64,000 nucleotides of DNA from Octopus vulgaris (lineage: Eukaryota), in the NCBI GenBank assembly GCA_951406725.2, contig OX597825.1:61752001-61816000 (forward strand), read 5' to 3'. Positions 51,819 through 64,000 of this stretch are shown in pieces. Both the position numbers and the translations under genes were made by a program. The first letter of the stretch is position 1. Every line of letters starts with the position of its first letter. The notes under the pieces are model-generated. The model did not search any database. It saw only the letters and a list, made by a program, of their open reading frames with translations, and was not told the DNA's origin.

Positions 51819-52090
51819 GTGACGTATATTTGCCATTTGAATATGGCTAACCCCTAAGGGTGGATGCTACTGTAGTTTGTAGCCCCAGGAGGACACCTCC
51901 TCCAGCTGGCTATAGACACACTTTCTGTGCCCTATCAGTAGACGGGAGGGATGGCTTCCCTTCGCAAATACTGATAGGGCACAGAAAGTGTGTCTATAGC
52001 CAGCTGGAGGAGGTGTCCTCCTGGGGCTACAAACTACAGTAGCATCCACCCTTAGGGGTTAGCCATATTCAAATGGCAAATATACGTCAC
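51819..52090. repeat. Perfect long inverted repeat (122-bp arms, 28-nt spacer); probable palindromic mobile element
   Basis: 51819-51940 reads as the exact reverse complement of 51969-52090; the mirror ORFs 51860..52042(+) and 51867..52049(-) differ only across the spacer. Confidence 0.95.
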
Positions 52091-52315
52091 GATGTGTAGC
52101 TGCTACTGTTTATAACTCACTCTGAGATTTATCATTGTTATATATATTTTATTTCTTATTCTTTCATGGACATACTAACTAGTAAATCAAACTGTCTTAA
52201 CGCTCCATGTTTGTCCCACACCAAATTGATTTCTTACTTTACAAAATTAATAATTCTGGGGTTGAACTCATTTGGATCTTGATTTAGTTTATAAAAATAC
52301 ACTAATATACCTATA

Positions 52316-52621
52316 TCACGTGACCACGTGACCGACCAGATCATCAGATGTTGTTACACATCGCTGGTCACAATGGGTTCACATTGTTTTAGCCTTCAAA
52401 TGACGCCACCCCGCTGGCTAAGCGAGCAGGCCAACAGAAGAAAGAGTGGGAGAAAGAGTGGTGAAAGAGTACAGCAGGGATCACCACTCCCTGCCGGAGC
52501 CTCGTTGAGCTTTTAGGTGTTTTCGCTCAATAGACACTCACAATGCCCGGTCTGGGAATCAAAACCGCGATCCTACGACCGCGAGTCCGCTGCCCTAACC
52601 ACTGGGCCATTGCACCTCCAC
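52316..52621 (-). mobile_element. SINE family D, CpG-rich (young)
   Basis: Homologous to 41921-42232; ATACCTATAT on both flanks is a probable TSD. Confidence 0.9.
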
Positions 52622-53220
52622 ATATACCTATATATCAGGATTATATTATTTCTTTGTAACTGCCTCTGTTCATCATACACAGTCATATAATAATGTATCT
52701 GATTTCTTGTTCATTTTTTTATTTAATATCTGTTTTTCCATACTGCCATGATTTAGATGGGGATTATTTGAGTCAGATTTTAATGGTCAGATGCTCTTCT
52801 TTTCACCAACTCTTACCTACAAGGTTATTACCAATTCAAATATACAGAAGGAAAACGTTTTTTCAACAATTTTTATCTTGGAATTCACCTGCGTAAATTA
52901 CACAGGTGCGCAAATTACATGGGTCCGACTGATTAAAATTATATTTATTTGTGCAGCTGCATTTAAATTGATGTAATGATTGCATTGTTCAATTAAATGG
53001 AGCCGCTTGAAACAGTCATACTGCATCACCTCTTGATATCCTGTTACTTATTTTGATTTTATACACACACACACAACACACACACACACATACACTCACA
53101 CCCACAAACACAATGAAAGGATATTAAAGAAAGGAGTTAACAAATTACATTCATTGCTTATTTGCAATTGTTTTGTTAACTTCAATTAAATCAATCATAC
53201 ATCATCCTAGTTCACCAGCT

Positions 53221-53271
<51 letters not shown>

Positions 53272-53359
53272 GGCTTGTCCATAAAGTCCGTGCCGATTTT
53301 TAAAGGGAATCCAAACCACGATCTTGTGGTTGTAAGGCAACAGGACTGTTGTTAATATA

Positions 53360-54776
<1,417 letters not shown>

Positions 54777-55666
54777 ATATATATAAATATATATACACAC
54801 ACATGCATATATGAACATGAAAGGTTTCTCATATAACCATATTAATCTTTCATATAAAGAGATCATTTAAACTAATGTATTAAGGTGAAAATATTTAAAG
54901 ACATAATTTATTACAAGTAAGTATAAAAACAAGTAGCTAGAGTCCAGTATATATATATGTGTTTGCATGTGTAAACATGAACATATTCCATATAAGGATT
55001 ACTTGCTGGGAAATTCTCATGAAAGGACATTTTGTGGAAAATCATTTTTTCTGTGACATTCTTAAAAGCCATTCTAAATTGCCTAAGTTAAAACACTTTT
55101 CCTCTCTTTCCCTTCAAATCCAATACCACAATACATTGTATAACATTTGAAATATTACACTAGTTGCCAGTAATAGTAAATAAACTGGCATGATTTAGAT
55201 TAAAGAATGTTAGTACATCCTTCAATCTATACATCAAATAGCAAGTGTTATATTCACACTAGTTTTTGTTATTTGTTAACATCTTAGAATATTTGTCTTC
55301 TGCATTTGCAAACTGACTCAGTAGGTATCAAACCCACATAAAAGAAAAACCTTTAAAAGCATTCTAAGTCTTTATCGCTTTCCATCATCTAGATCAAGTG
55401 AATTAAACTTTCAGTCACTCAATGCTATCTAACAGTTAAAAGGAAAGTAGAGGCAAATTGACCATGCTGTGCTTATGTAGAATATGTGGCTTTCTTTTAT
55501 TAGTAAGAAGAAGTGTAATATTGCTTTTCAAAAGAAACATTGATTTGTCAACATTGAAAAGGTATACAGATCAAATTATATTTTTCCTTAAAATTCTGGA
55601 AAGGTGATAAAATGCTTTGCATTTGACGAAAGTGTCTAACAAATTTCTCTCTCTCTGTCTCTCTGT

Positions 55667-55701
<35 letters not shown>

Positions 55702-57227
55702 ACTAAGAAAATTGAAGGCAATAAATCGACAAGGAGACAGTATTAAATACAATAGACTTTGTAAATAAGCAATTGAGAAGATTGTTAAAAAAATGTATAT
55801 GAAATGTCTTATTTATTGGAGAATGCTCAAATAATTTGTTTATTTAATTTAATTTATTATGTTTGTTATGTTTAAGTAATTCTTTCTCTCAAATATATAA
55901 CACTAAATCTGATTGCAACTACAAGACAATACAATAGAATGATTCATCTTCTAAATAAAGATATTAATTTCTCAGTTTTGCTAGAGCTTTGGTATAAATG
56001 TCCCTCTTCTCTTTTTTCATTTTATTGCTTCCTATCACAGTAAGCAGCCATTATAAATTTTTTTTTTTGCTTTATTTCATTGCTCTTTGTTCCACCATAC
56101 TTTATGTCTTACAAGCTACCATTAAAATGTTACAGTTTATTTGACTCAGAATGCTATTTTAGTTTTACCACAAATGTGATTGTAGTGGAAACTTGGGCAA
56201 TAAATTGTTTTGATAAAACCAGAAGCATTGCAGAGGAGTAAGACACTTCAAGTTAGTAGACTCAGCTACAAGAGAAGAACACGATTAAAAATCTAAATAT
56301 TATCTGTTCAATCACAATTGTTTGTTTATCATTTATGAGTAGAATTAAAAATAGAGCTAGCACTTACAAATCAGCTGCTAAATAAATACCAAAAATTTTA
56401 CAAGAATGGTTTAGAAATGTAAAGAATATAATGAAACTCGTGATTAACTACCCCTTATCTTTTTCGTATTGAAACTGGAATATAGTTTCTAAATTCTTTC
56501 TTATTTAAGCAACATGTCCTTGCTAACTTGTCATTTGCTGTCTTAGACAGAGAAAATAATAACATTGTTAAACAAGATTTCCTTTCCTGCAGTCATCATG
56601 AATATTTTATGCAAATTTTTTTGCCGAAATTTCTATTTGAAAATGCACAGAATTATTATGAAATTCTAATTCTAACATAACATTTATAAATATTTTGTTT
56701 TATTTTTCTCATTAAATAGTATTATTAAAAATATTTACATATTTATTATATTTATTAGACATTTGTTCAACAAACAAGAAACTACATCGAATATTTTCAT
56801 TTTCAAAGCAGTTCTATTAATAAAATTATTCATTACACTATACCGTATAATTATAATATAAGACACGGGGAAACTTCATTATGCAAAATCTATTTCTTTC
56901 ACATCAGATTACAGGCTTTGTTTTCTTTTTATAAGGTTAATTTTAAATAACATTCCACCTACTTTAATTTTCTTCTTTGGGACATTTTATCTTATATGAC
57001 ATAAACCAAGCAATAAATATGAAACAGTCATAGATTTTTTACAAAATTTGTCTGATGTAGCTGTGTGGTAAAAAGCTAGTTTCCCAACCACATGGTTCTG
57101 AGTTTGGTCTCACTACACAGCATCTATGGCAGGCATATCCTACTATGGCCCTGAGCTGACCAAAGTTTCGAGAATGAATTTAGCTGATAGAGAAGCCACT
57201 TATATATCTTTTTTTTTTTTATCTAAG

Positions 57228-57700
57228 CGTTTCAGTCATTAAAGTGTGCCTATACTGGAGCATACCCTTCAACAATTTCGGTCGAATGAATTGACCCTTT
57301 TCCTAATTTTTTTGTTTTAAGCTGGGCACGTATTCCATTGCTCACTTTTACTGAATTGCTAAGTTGTCGGGATGTAAGTGCACCAACAGTAGCTGTCAAG
57401 CAGTGGTGGTGGACAAACAGACAGACAGACACACACACACACACATATATAGTATATATATATATATATATATACACACACATATATATATACATACTCA
57501 CTCACACACATACACACACACACACACATATATATATATACAACAGACTTCTCTCAGTTTCTGTCTACCAAATCCACTGACACAGATTTGGCTAATCTGA
57601 GATTATAGTAAAAGATACCCGTGCAAGGTGCCCTGCAGTGAAACTGAACTCAGAACCATTTAGTTGGGAAGTAAGCTTCTTACCACGCAGCCATACCTGT
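57228..57700 (-). mobile_element. SINE family A (older), facing a plus-strand head fragment at 57055-57200
   Basis: Homology to 30185-30592. Confidence 0.8.
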
Positions 57701-57710
57701 GTCGAGATAT

Positions 57711-57930
57711 ATAAGAAGGCACTGGAAAGTTCGAGGCTTTAATGGTATCACAAAGACCTTGTTGGAGGTCCAACATTGCAAGTTATTTTGCAGTGCTTAG
57801 TAAACCTGCAGGACCACTACAATAAGTGTGTGAATCTGAGAGAGGATTATGTTGAATAAGATCATAATTAACTGATCCTCCTGTATTTTCTTTTACTCAA
57901 ATTAAGGAACTTTTCAGCAACCCTTTTGTA
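57711..57930 (+). mobile_element. mariner-derived MITE
   Basis: Encodes the remnant NKCVNLREDYVE*; ends GGAACTTTTCAGCAACCCTTTTGTA; same family as 4343-4537. Confidence 0.75.
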
Positions 57931-57939
57931 TATGTATGT

Positions 57940-58470
57940 CTCTTCTATTTTTTAATTATCATAAATCTTCCTCTGAGGAAGGAGCCAGTTTCCAACAAAG
58001 ATACAAGGCTCTATCTTTAGGATGCAGTTAACACAGACAAATTCACATTTACAATTTGAGAAAAGTCTTACATATTTTTATTGTTCCACTCATAGATTGA
58101 ACTTGTAATGTACGAATTAGCTGGTTAAATTCTGTTTCTAAAAATCCAAGTTTAGCCAGATTTTCCTTTAAGCGTTTACTAACAAAACCTAGTGCTCCAA
58201 TTATTATTGGTATGAATATGAATTCATAGTCTGCATATATAAGCTGGATATTTCGAAGCAGCTGTCCATAGATATCCTTTTTTACTTTGATCTTCAAAGG
58301 GATATTTTTATCTGCAGGGCAGCTGACCTCTATGATTGTACATACCAATGCCACACTGACCAAAACTACAATATCTAGCCTGTTATGTTTACATTTGACA
58401 GAAGATTTGATGGGAATATTCCACCAGTATTCCTTGAGTTGATGTTTATGAATGTTTATTTCAGAACAAT
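57940..58470 (-). pseudogene. R4/Dong-like non-LTR retrotransposon 3' end (restriction-like endonuclease)
   Basis: EYWWNIPIKSSVKCKHNRLDIVV...CTIIEVSCPAD.N...K...Y..L...IPIIIGALG matches the HNRPD..IE...P / K..Y..L / GALG RLE signature; flanked by (TATG)n. Confidence 0.85.
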
Positions 58471-58534
58471 CTTTTGTATGCTTGTATGTATGTATGTATG
58501 TATGTATGTATGTATGTATGTATGTATGTATGTA

Positions 58535-58782
58535 TCATATCTGTCGGGCATGTGGAAGAGAGTGTAATTCGGCAGGAGGACTTAAACGACATGCAAAGGT
58601 ACATGAAGCCCAGTTACAACTACAGCCAGCTATTACCAGTAAAGGTTTTAGTTGCCAATTTTGTACAAAACATTGTAGATCTTTAGCTGGGCTAAAAAGT
58701 CACATTCGATCACAGCACCAGTAACAGTTAAGCTTCGTGCAATGGCCATACTTGATAACGAGGGGACAGCCATAATAATAAT
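58535..58782 (+). pseudogene. RTE-clade LINE 3' end with two C2H2 fingers and an (ATA)n tail
   Basis: CRACGREC.SAGGLKRHAKVH and CQFCTKHCRSLAGLKSHIRSQH*, short 3' UTR ending CGAGGGGACAGCC(ATA)n, embedded in (TATG)n. Confidence 0.75.
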
Positions 58783-60148
58783 GTATGTATGTATATATGT
58801 ATGTATGTATTTCTTGTCACTGATAATCATATAGAGCGCTATTTCATTCTTCTTAGATATCATCTGCCTAACATAAACTCTAACTTACTAATTAAATATT
58901 TTATGATGTGAAACATTTCACTAAAGATGGAAATAATTACAGTCTGGAGAAAAATCATAGAATATCTTCTTTTTCTCTTTTCGTCATAGAATGTTAGCAG
59001 ATTAGAAGTCATGAAAATAGAGAAAATAGTTTTTGGATACAGAATAACAGCTGTTTGCAGAGAATTCTACCTTGTTAAGATGTTTTACGGTAACCACTAG
59101 TTTCAGTTTTAATTGCAAACAACTTCTCAAACTATTTCCTGATGTATTCTTTGAGATGTAGACATTTCTTTCAAGTTGGCATATTTCAGTGATATTATCC
59201 TCTGTGTGTTATGGACCAGACATCTACAGTTAGATATTCAAAAACCCAATTCCTTCCTTTTCTCTTGGTTCTCTTCCAGAACATTCTAAGTTAACGAAAA
59301 TAAGAAATAGAATATTATGCAAGTTTTAACTTTCACCTTAAGATTTTCTAACTAAAATCGTATTAGGCATTATAAGCCAGAATTTGAGACAGATGAGAAT
59401 AACAAACTCACTCTTTTAAGAAATAAACCAGAACAGAGTAAAGGTAAATTTTTAAACATTTCTAAAAGGAAATTAAAGAAGAAACAAAAATAATACTAGG
59501 AAACAGCTAAAGACCGTACAGGAGACATTCATTTGTCTCCTTTCATTTACTTATAATACAGTCACGTCTATGACATGTACTGCTCACATTCTTAGATCGG
59601 TTCTTGTAATATGATAACGAAACAGAAGAAAGTAAGTCATGTTCTTTCAGAATTTAATATAAATTTTCAACCTATTTTTCCATTTGGGTTTCAGTTTCTC
59701 TGATTTTTAAAATAATTTTTAAAAAGTAATTTTAAAAATGTGTTTAGTTAATTGGAGTTTTCAATCTAGAAATCTAGTATTGATTTCTTACATCAGTAAG
59801 TACAAGGCAATGTTGTCCTTGGCGGGATTTGAACTCAGGACATTAAGAATGATAAAGGAATACTGTAATTTTTGTATGACACTAATTATTCTGCCAATCA
59901 TTTACCTTTTGTTTAATAATATACTGAATTGATATCTAACCCTGAAAATGCTGGTTTCTGAGTCTCCAACGTTAAAATCTAAAACACAAAGCAAAACATG
60001 TGTCTATATGTAAGCATTTGTGTGTATACATATAGATGTGCATATATGAATAAATATGTATATCAGTATTTATCTCTTAATCTGTCTGTCTATCTATCTA
60101 TCTTTCTCTCTCTCTATTTATCTATCTATCTATGTCTATCTAGTTATA

Positions 60149-60180
<32 letters not shown>

Positions 60181-60290
60181 TAATAAATAACTAAATGAAT
60201 GGAAATCAAACTGGTGAATGTGTTAAATAATAAGGCACTAAAAAAGAGAATAACTCTACACAAACACAATAATATATATATATATATATA

Positions 60291-60576
60291 GTTCTATATT
60301 TGAGAGATGAGGAATTATGTACATTATTTACATTATTTACATTTGACGGATATTTGTCCTCATCTTGTTCGTTGTTAACCTGTTTCAGCTGATGTACTGT
60401 CCAGCCTTCATCAAGTGTCCTAGGGGAATTTTGAACCTGGGTCCTTACTCCAGAGGTATTTTTCCAATGTTATTATTATTACTATTATTACTATTCAGGT
60501 CACTGCCTGGAATTGAACTCAGAATCTTGGGGTTAGTAGCCTTCACACTTAACCACTATACCATATGCTCATGGGT
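60291..60576 (-). mobile_element. Composite element: tRNA-like head, (AAT)n linker and hammerhead-bearing module, flanked by (TA)n
   Basis: Minus strand: TGGTATAGTGGTTAAG (A box), GAGTTCAATTCC (B box), (AAT)n, then ACAC-TTGATGA-AGGCTG...CAGCT-GAAAC at about 60382-60418. Confidence 0.65.
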
Positions 60577-60613
60577 ATATATAAAATATACATATATATA
60601 TATATATATATAC

Positions 60614-60671
<58 letters not shown>

Positions 60672-60997
60672 GTCACCACAACCTCGTTTAGGCTTCTCAG
60701 CCCTTCCACTTTGTTTTCACTGTCCTGTTTGTGTTACCTATTTTGACCCTCCACAAAATCCCAAATTTTATTTTATTTGCTTTGTGGGAGCTACTGTTTT
60801 AACAAAAGTGTATATTGTTGTTAAATGCTCGAAAAATGAGAGTAGAAAACAGCCAACAACTTATGAAGGGTCGGTCTTTATATTTGTTTTGTTTTCCATT
60901 TGTGACTTTCGTTGTTCGAAAGAATAGTTAATGTTCCAGGTACTCGTGATTCGTACGCTTTTGCTGTGCACATTTCATAACGTCCTGTGCCCACAAA

Positions 60998-61056
<59 letters not shown>

Positions 61057-61100
61057 GAATAAAAAAATGGAGTTAACGCAGGTGTAATCAAATATTTTTA

Positions 61101-61184
61101 CTTTCGACACATGTTTCGAAAATTCCACTGATACTATTCAAAAGAATAAATGGTATAAACAATGCAATCTTCTCCTCAGGAAGG
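61101..61184 (-). ncRNA. Type-I hammerhead ribozyme motif, core intact
   Basis: CCTTC-CTGAGGA-GAAGATT...AATTTTC-GAAAC ATGT GTC-GAAAG; same family as 23475-23553 (shared TCGACACATGTTTCGAA). Confidence 0.75.
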
Positions 61185-61312
61185 TGAAAAAAACGAAACT
61201 CGTCAATAAGACATTTTAGCAAAAAAATGATGGATTTGTATAGCGATTTTTGCTGCCCTGGTAACTATTTATTTATTTTTCCGAGTTAATTGTTAACAAG
61301 GTAAAAATACAC

Positions 61313-61392
<80 letters not shown>

Positions 61393-62153
61393 TATATTAT
61401 TATATATATATAAATGGTAAGGAGAGAAAGAGAGAGTGAGTGAAAATCAAAGTGGCACACGAAAAGAATCACTAGAAAAAGACTATAAAACATAGAACAC
61501 CTTTGGTTGGGCCTGAGCCAGCTAATGAAAATAGTTTTAATGCATTTAAATTTCAATGATTTTAAACTGCATGGGACTACACTGCTGGTTGTTCCTGAGA
61601 ATGTTAGTAACAATAAAGTGGTAGAAGCTACAGAGGACAGGATTTAGAATAAAGAAGACAACAAGAATATATTTTGTGGTCTCTCAACAAGGAATGGACA
61701 AAATAACATCTTTAGTGGGTTTTAGCACGAAAGGAAAAAAACAGTAAAAGATCTTTTGTCATATTGTGAAAATGAGAAAAATAGAAGTAATTCAGAACGT
61801 AAAAGCTTAATGATTTTCATTCTAGGAAAGAGAGAGAATGAAGGAAAGCAATTTGGAGATCAGCTTCTGCAGTAGTGGAAGTATGAGAAGGAGCAGAATA
61901 TGAGAGAGAAGTGTATAGAAAATGTGAGGGAGGAGAAAAAGAAAGAGAGCAGATAAAATAAGAGAGAGTGGGTCAGGATTGAAGATAAGGGGAAAGGAGG
62001 AAGAAATGATAGGTAGCAGAGAGAACAAGCAATACAGAGTGAGAGAGAGAGGGGGGAGAGCGAGGGAGTGGGAGGGAGGGAGAGGAAGAAAAGTTGGAGT
62101 AGTCACAATGAGAGGAGAAAGACGTCTGTAAATGAACAATAATTGTAGGATGG

Positions 62154-62446
62154 AGGGCAGTGAGCTGGCAGAATCGGTAGCACACCGGGCGAAATGCTTA
62201 GCAGTATTTCGTCTACCGCTACGTTCTGAGTTCAAATTCCGCCGAGGTCGACTTTACCTTTCATCCTTTTGGGGTCGATAAATTAAGTACCAGTCACGCA
62301 TTGGGTTCGATGTAATCGACTTAATCCCTGTGTCTGTCCTTGTTTGTCCCATCTATGTTTAGCCCCTTGTGGGCACAACTTAATCCCTGTGTCTGTCTTT
62401 GTTTGTCCCCTCTATGTTTAGCCCCTTGTGGGCAATAAAGAAATAA
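62154..62446 (+). mobile_element. SINE family B with a duplicated 3' ~58 bp
   Basis: ACTTAATCCCTGTGTCTGTC...CCCCTTGTGGGCA occurs twice; ends GGGCAATAAAGAAATAA. Confidence 0.9.
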
Positions 62447-62781
62447 CAATAATAATAGGATTGTGTGTTGGTGTGTGTGTATGTGTGCTAGAAATCTGGT
62501 TGTGAAAATTGAAGAAGGACATGAAGATACTTAAAAATAAATAATTAAACATCAAATAACTCTCATCAACCATATGTACTTCCTTTTTGTTCATAAGGTA
62601 AATTTTAGTAATTTAGTATTTTATTATGCATTCAGTGTGCCCTAGCCTTCACTTTGTTATCTAAACTCATACCAGTGGCTTTTGTCAATTATTTTTCTCT
62701 TACCTCATCTTAGTTTTAAAAAAGTACACACACACATACATACATGCATGCATGCTCACATACACACACATATATGAAGTA

Positions 62782-63037
62782 TGGAACAAACGGCCGGTAT
62801 CAGTTGTTAGTTGTCGGAGCACTGCATCCTTCAAAACTTCCATGCTTCCTGAGATTCACCAACACTACACCTGATTTTCTCCCCTCCATACACACGCAAG
62901 CATGTATCTCTGACTCATACACTGTTCACTTTCCAGACATTTGTACATTACTGCATATGCTTTATAGGCACTTTTGACAAGTTGTGGTGCATCTGAGCAC
63001 TGTATACAATAATTTCATTATTATTATTATTATTATG

Positions 63038-63075
<38 letters not shown>
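62782..63075 (+). pseudogene. CR1/L2-type LINE 3' end with (ATT)n tail
   Basis: WNKRPVSVVSCRSTASFKTSM matches the WNxLPxxVVxxxSxxxFK motif; followed by a 3' UTR and (ATT)n. Confidence 0.75.
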
Positions 63076-63076
<1 letters not shown>

Positions 63077-63838
63077 CATGTGTTCACATGCAAGCATGAC
63101 TGTGTGGTTAAGAAGTTTCCCTCCCACCTATGTTGTCTTGAGTTCTGTTGTAGTCCGTAGCACCTTGGATAAGTATATTCTGTGATTGCTCCAAGAGCAA
63201 AAAATGTGGTAAAAAGAAGTGCTCTGTGTATTTACTATTCCGATGGGAGTGTAAAACTGCAACCACATCAATACTAATTCTTGAAATAATGAGCTGAAAA
63301 TTAACTGACACCCTATCTAAGTCAGGAACATTAAATTCTTGCTTCTTGATGATTTCTTATGGACCTATTGAGGTTGACAAAGGAGAAGGATTTCTACATT
63401 CAAAGCACCAAGTCAACTTTATCATCATGGGACACATCTTTCTCTTCTAAATGGTGACTGCAAACATCTGCAGTTGCAAATAATAGGCAATGAATAAAAT
63501 CAGAGAAGGCAACATTATAGCAACGTTCCAAAGGCTATAACACTGCAATTAATATGCAGCAAGCTTTAAAATTGCTCTTGGGAATATCAATGAAAGTGTT
63601 GTGAAAATTAGCATCTATCCAAATAATGTGCCCTTTAGAGAACATGATTGTCATTTTAAAGCTTCTGTCTGTAACAAGTTACCATTCTACTTGTTCAGCA
63701 GGAATTCCATGCAAGAGATATAATTCTGTGATTTCACCAGAATTTCAGAAGTACACTGTTACAAGAACAAGAAAGTTAGATACAAATTTAGTGCCTAAAG
63801 ATGTGATTATAAAAAAATATCACAAAATGATTTCTATA

Positions 63839-64000
63839 CCTATTTCTTTACTAACCACAAGGGGCTAAACACAGAGAGGACAAACAAGAACAGACAAATG
63901 GATTAAGTCGATTATATCGACCCCAGTGCGTAACTGGTACTTATCTAATCAACCCCGAAAGGATGAAAGGCAAAGTCGACCTCCGGCGGAATTTGAACTC
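63839..64000 (-). mobile_element. SINE family B (5' part outside the window)
   Basis: Reverse complement of the family B core and tail. Confidence 0.9.

Noticed and set aside
51860-52049. Mirror-image 60-aa ORFs on both strands
   Set aside because: An automatic consequence of the palindrome; GTG start and no domain.
58452-58724. Host C2H2 zinc-finger gene
   Set aside because: No TGEKP linker; the ORF starts in a microsatellite and ends in a short retroposon-type UTR and tail, which fits an RTE LINE C-terminus better.

Overview
AT-rich, repeat-saturated eukaryotic non-coding DNA, either intergenic or deep intronic. The mix of tRNA-derived SINE families and (TA)n/(CA)n/(GAT)n microsatellites looks like an octopus (coleoid cephalopod) genome; this is an inference from pattern recognition, not a database hit. 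I recognise no host protein-coding exon, and nearly all ORFs in the track are microsatellite or SINE read-through. Supported content: four SINE families; a full-length dead mariner; DD41D, hAT, piggyBac-like and Helitron elements; fragments of RTE, CR1/L2, R4/Dong, HERO/NeSL and Penelope-like retroelements; and a tRNA-Asp pseudogene. The most notable signals are: (1) about nine type-I hammerhead-ribozyme motifs from several small elements, many next to (TA)n, three with intact cores and one degenerate copy fused to a tRNA-like Pol III head; (2) a foldback with perfect 122-bp arms at 51819-52090 and an older relative at 25478-25609; (3) a foldback element enclosing a retrotransposon 3' end; (4) multimeric and module-shuffled SINEs. 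Coordinates were read by eye and may be off by a few bases.
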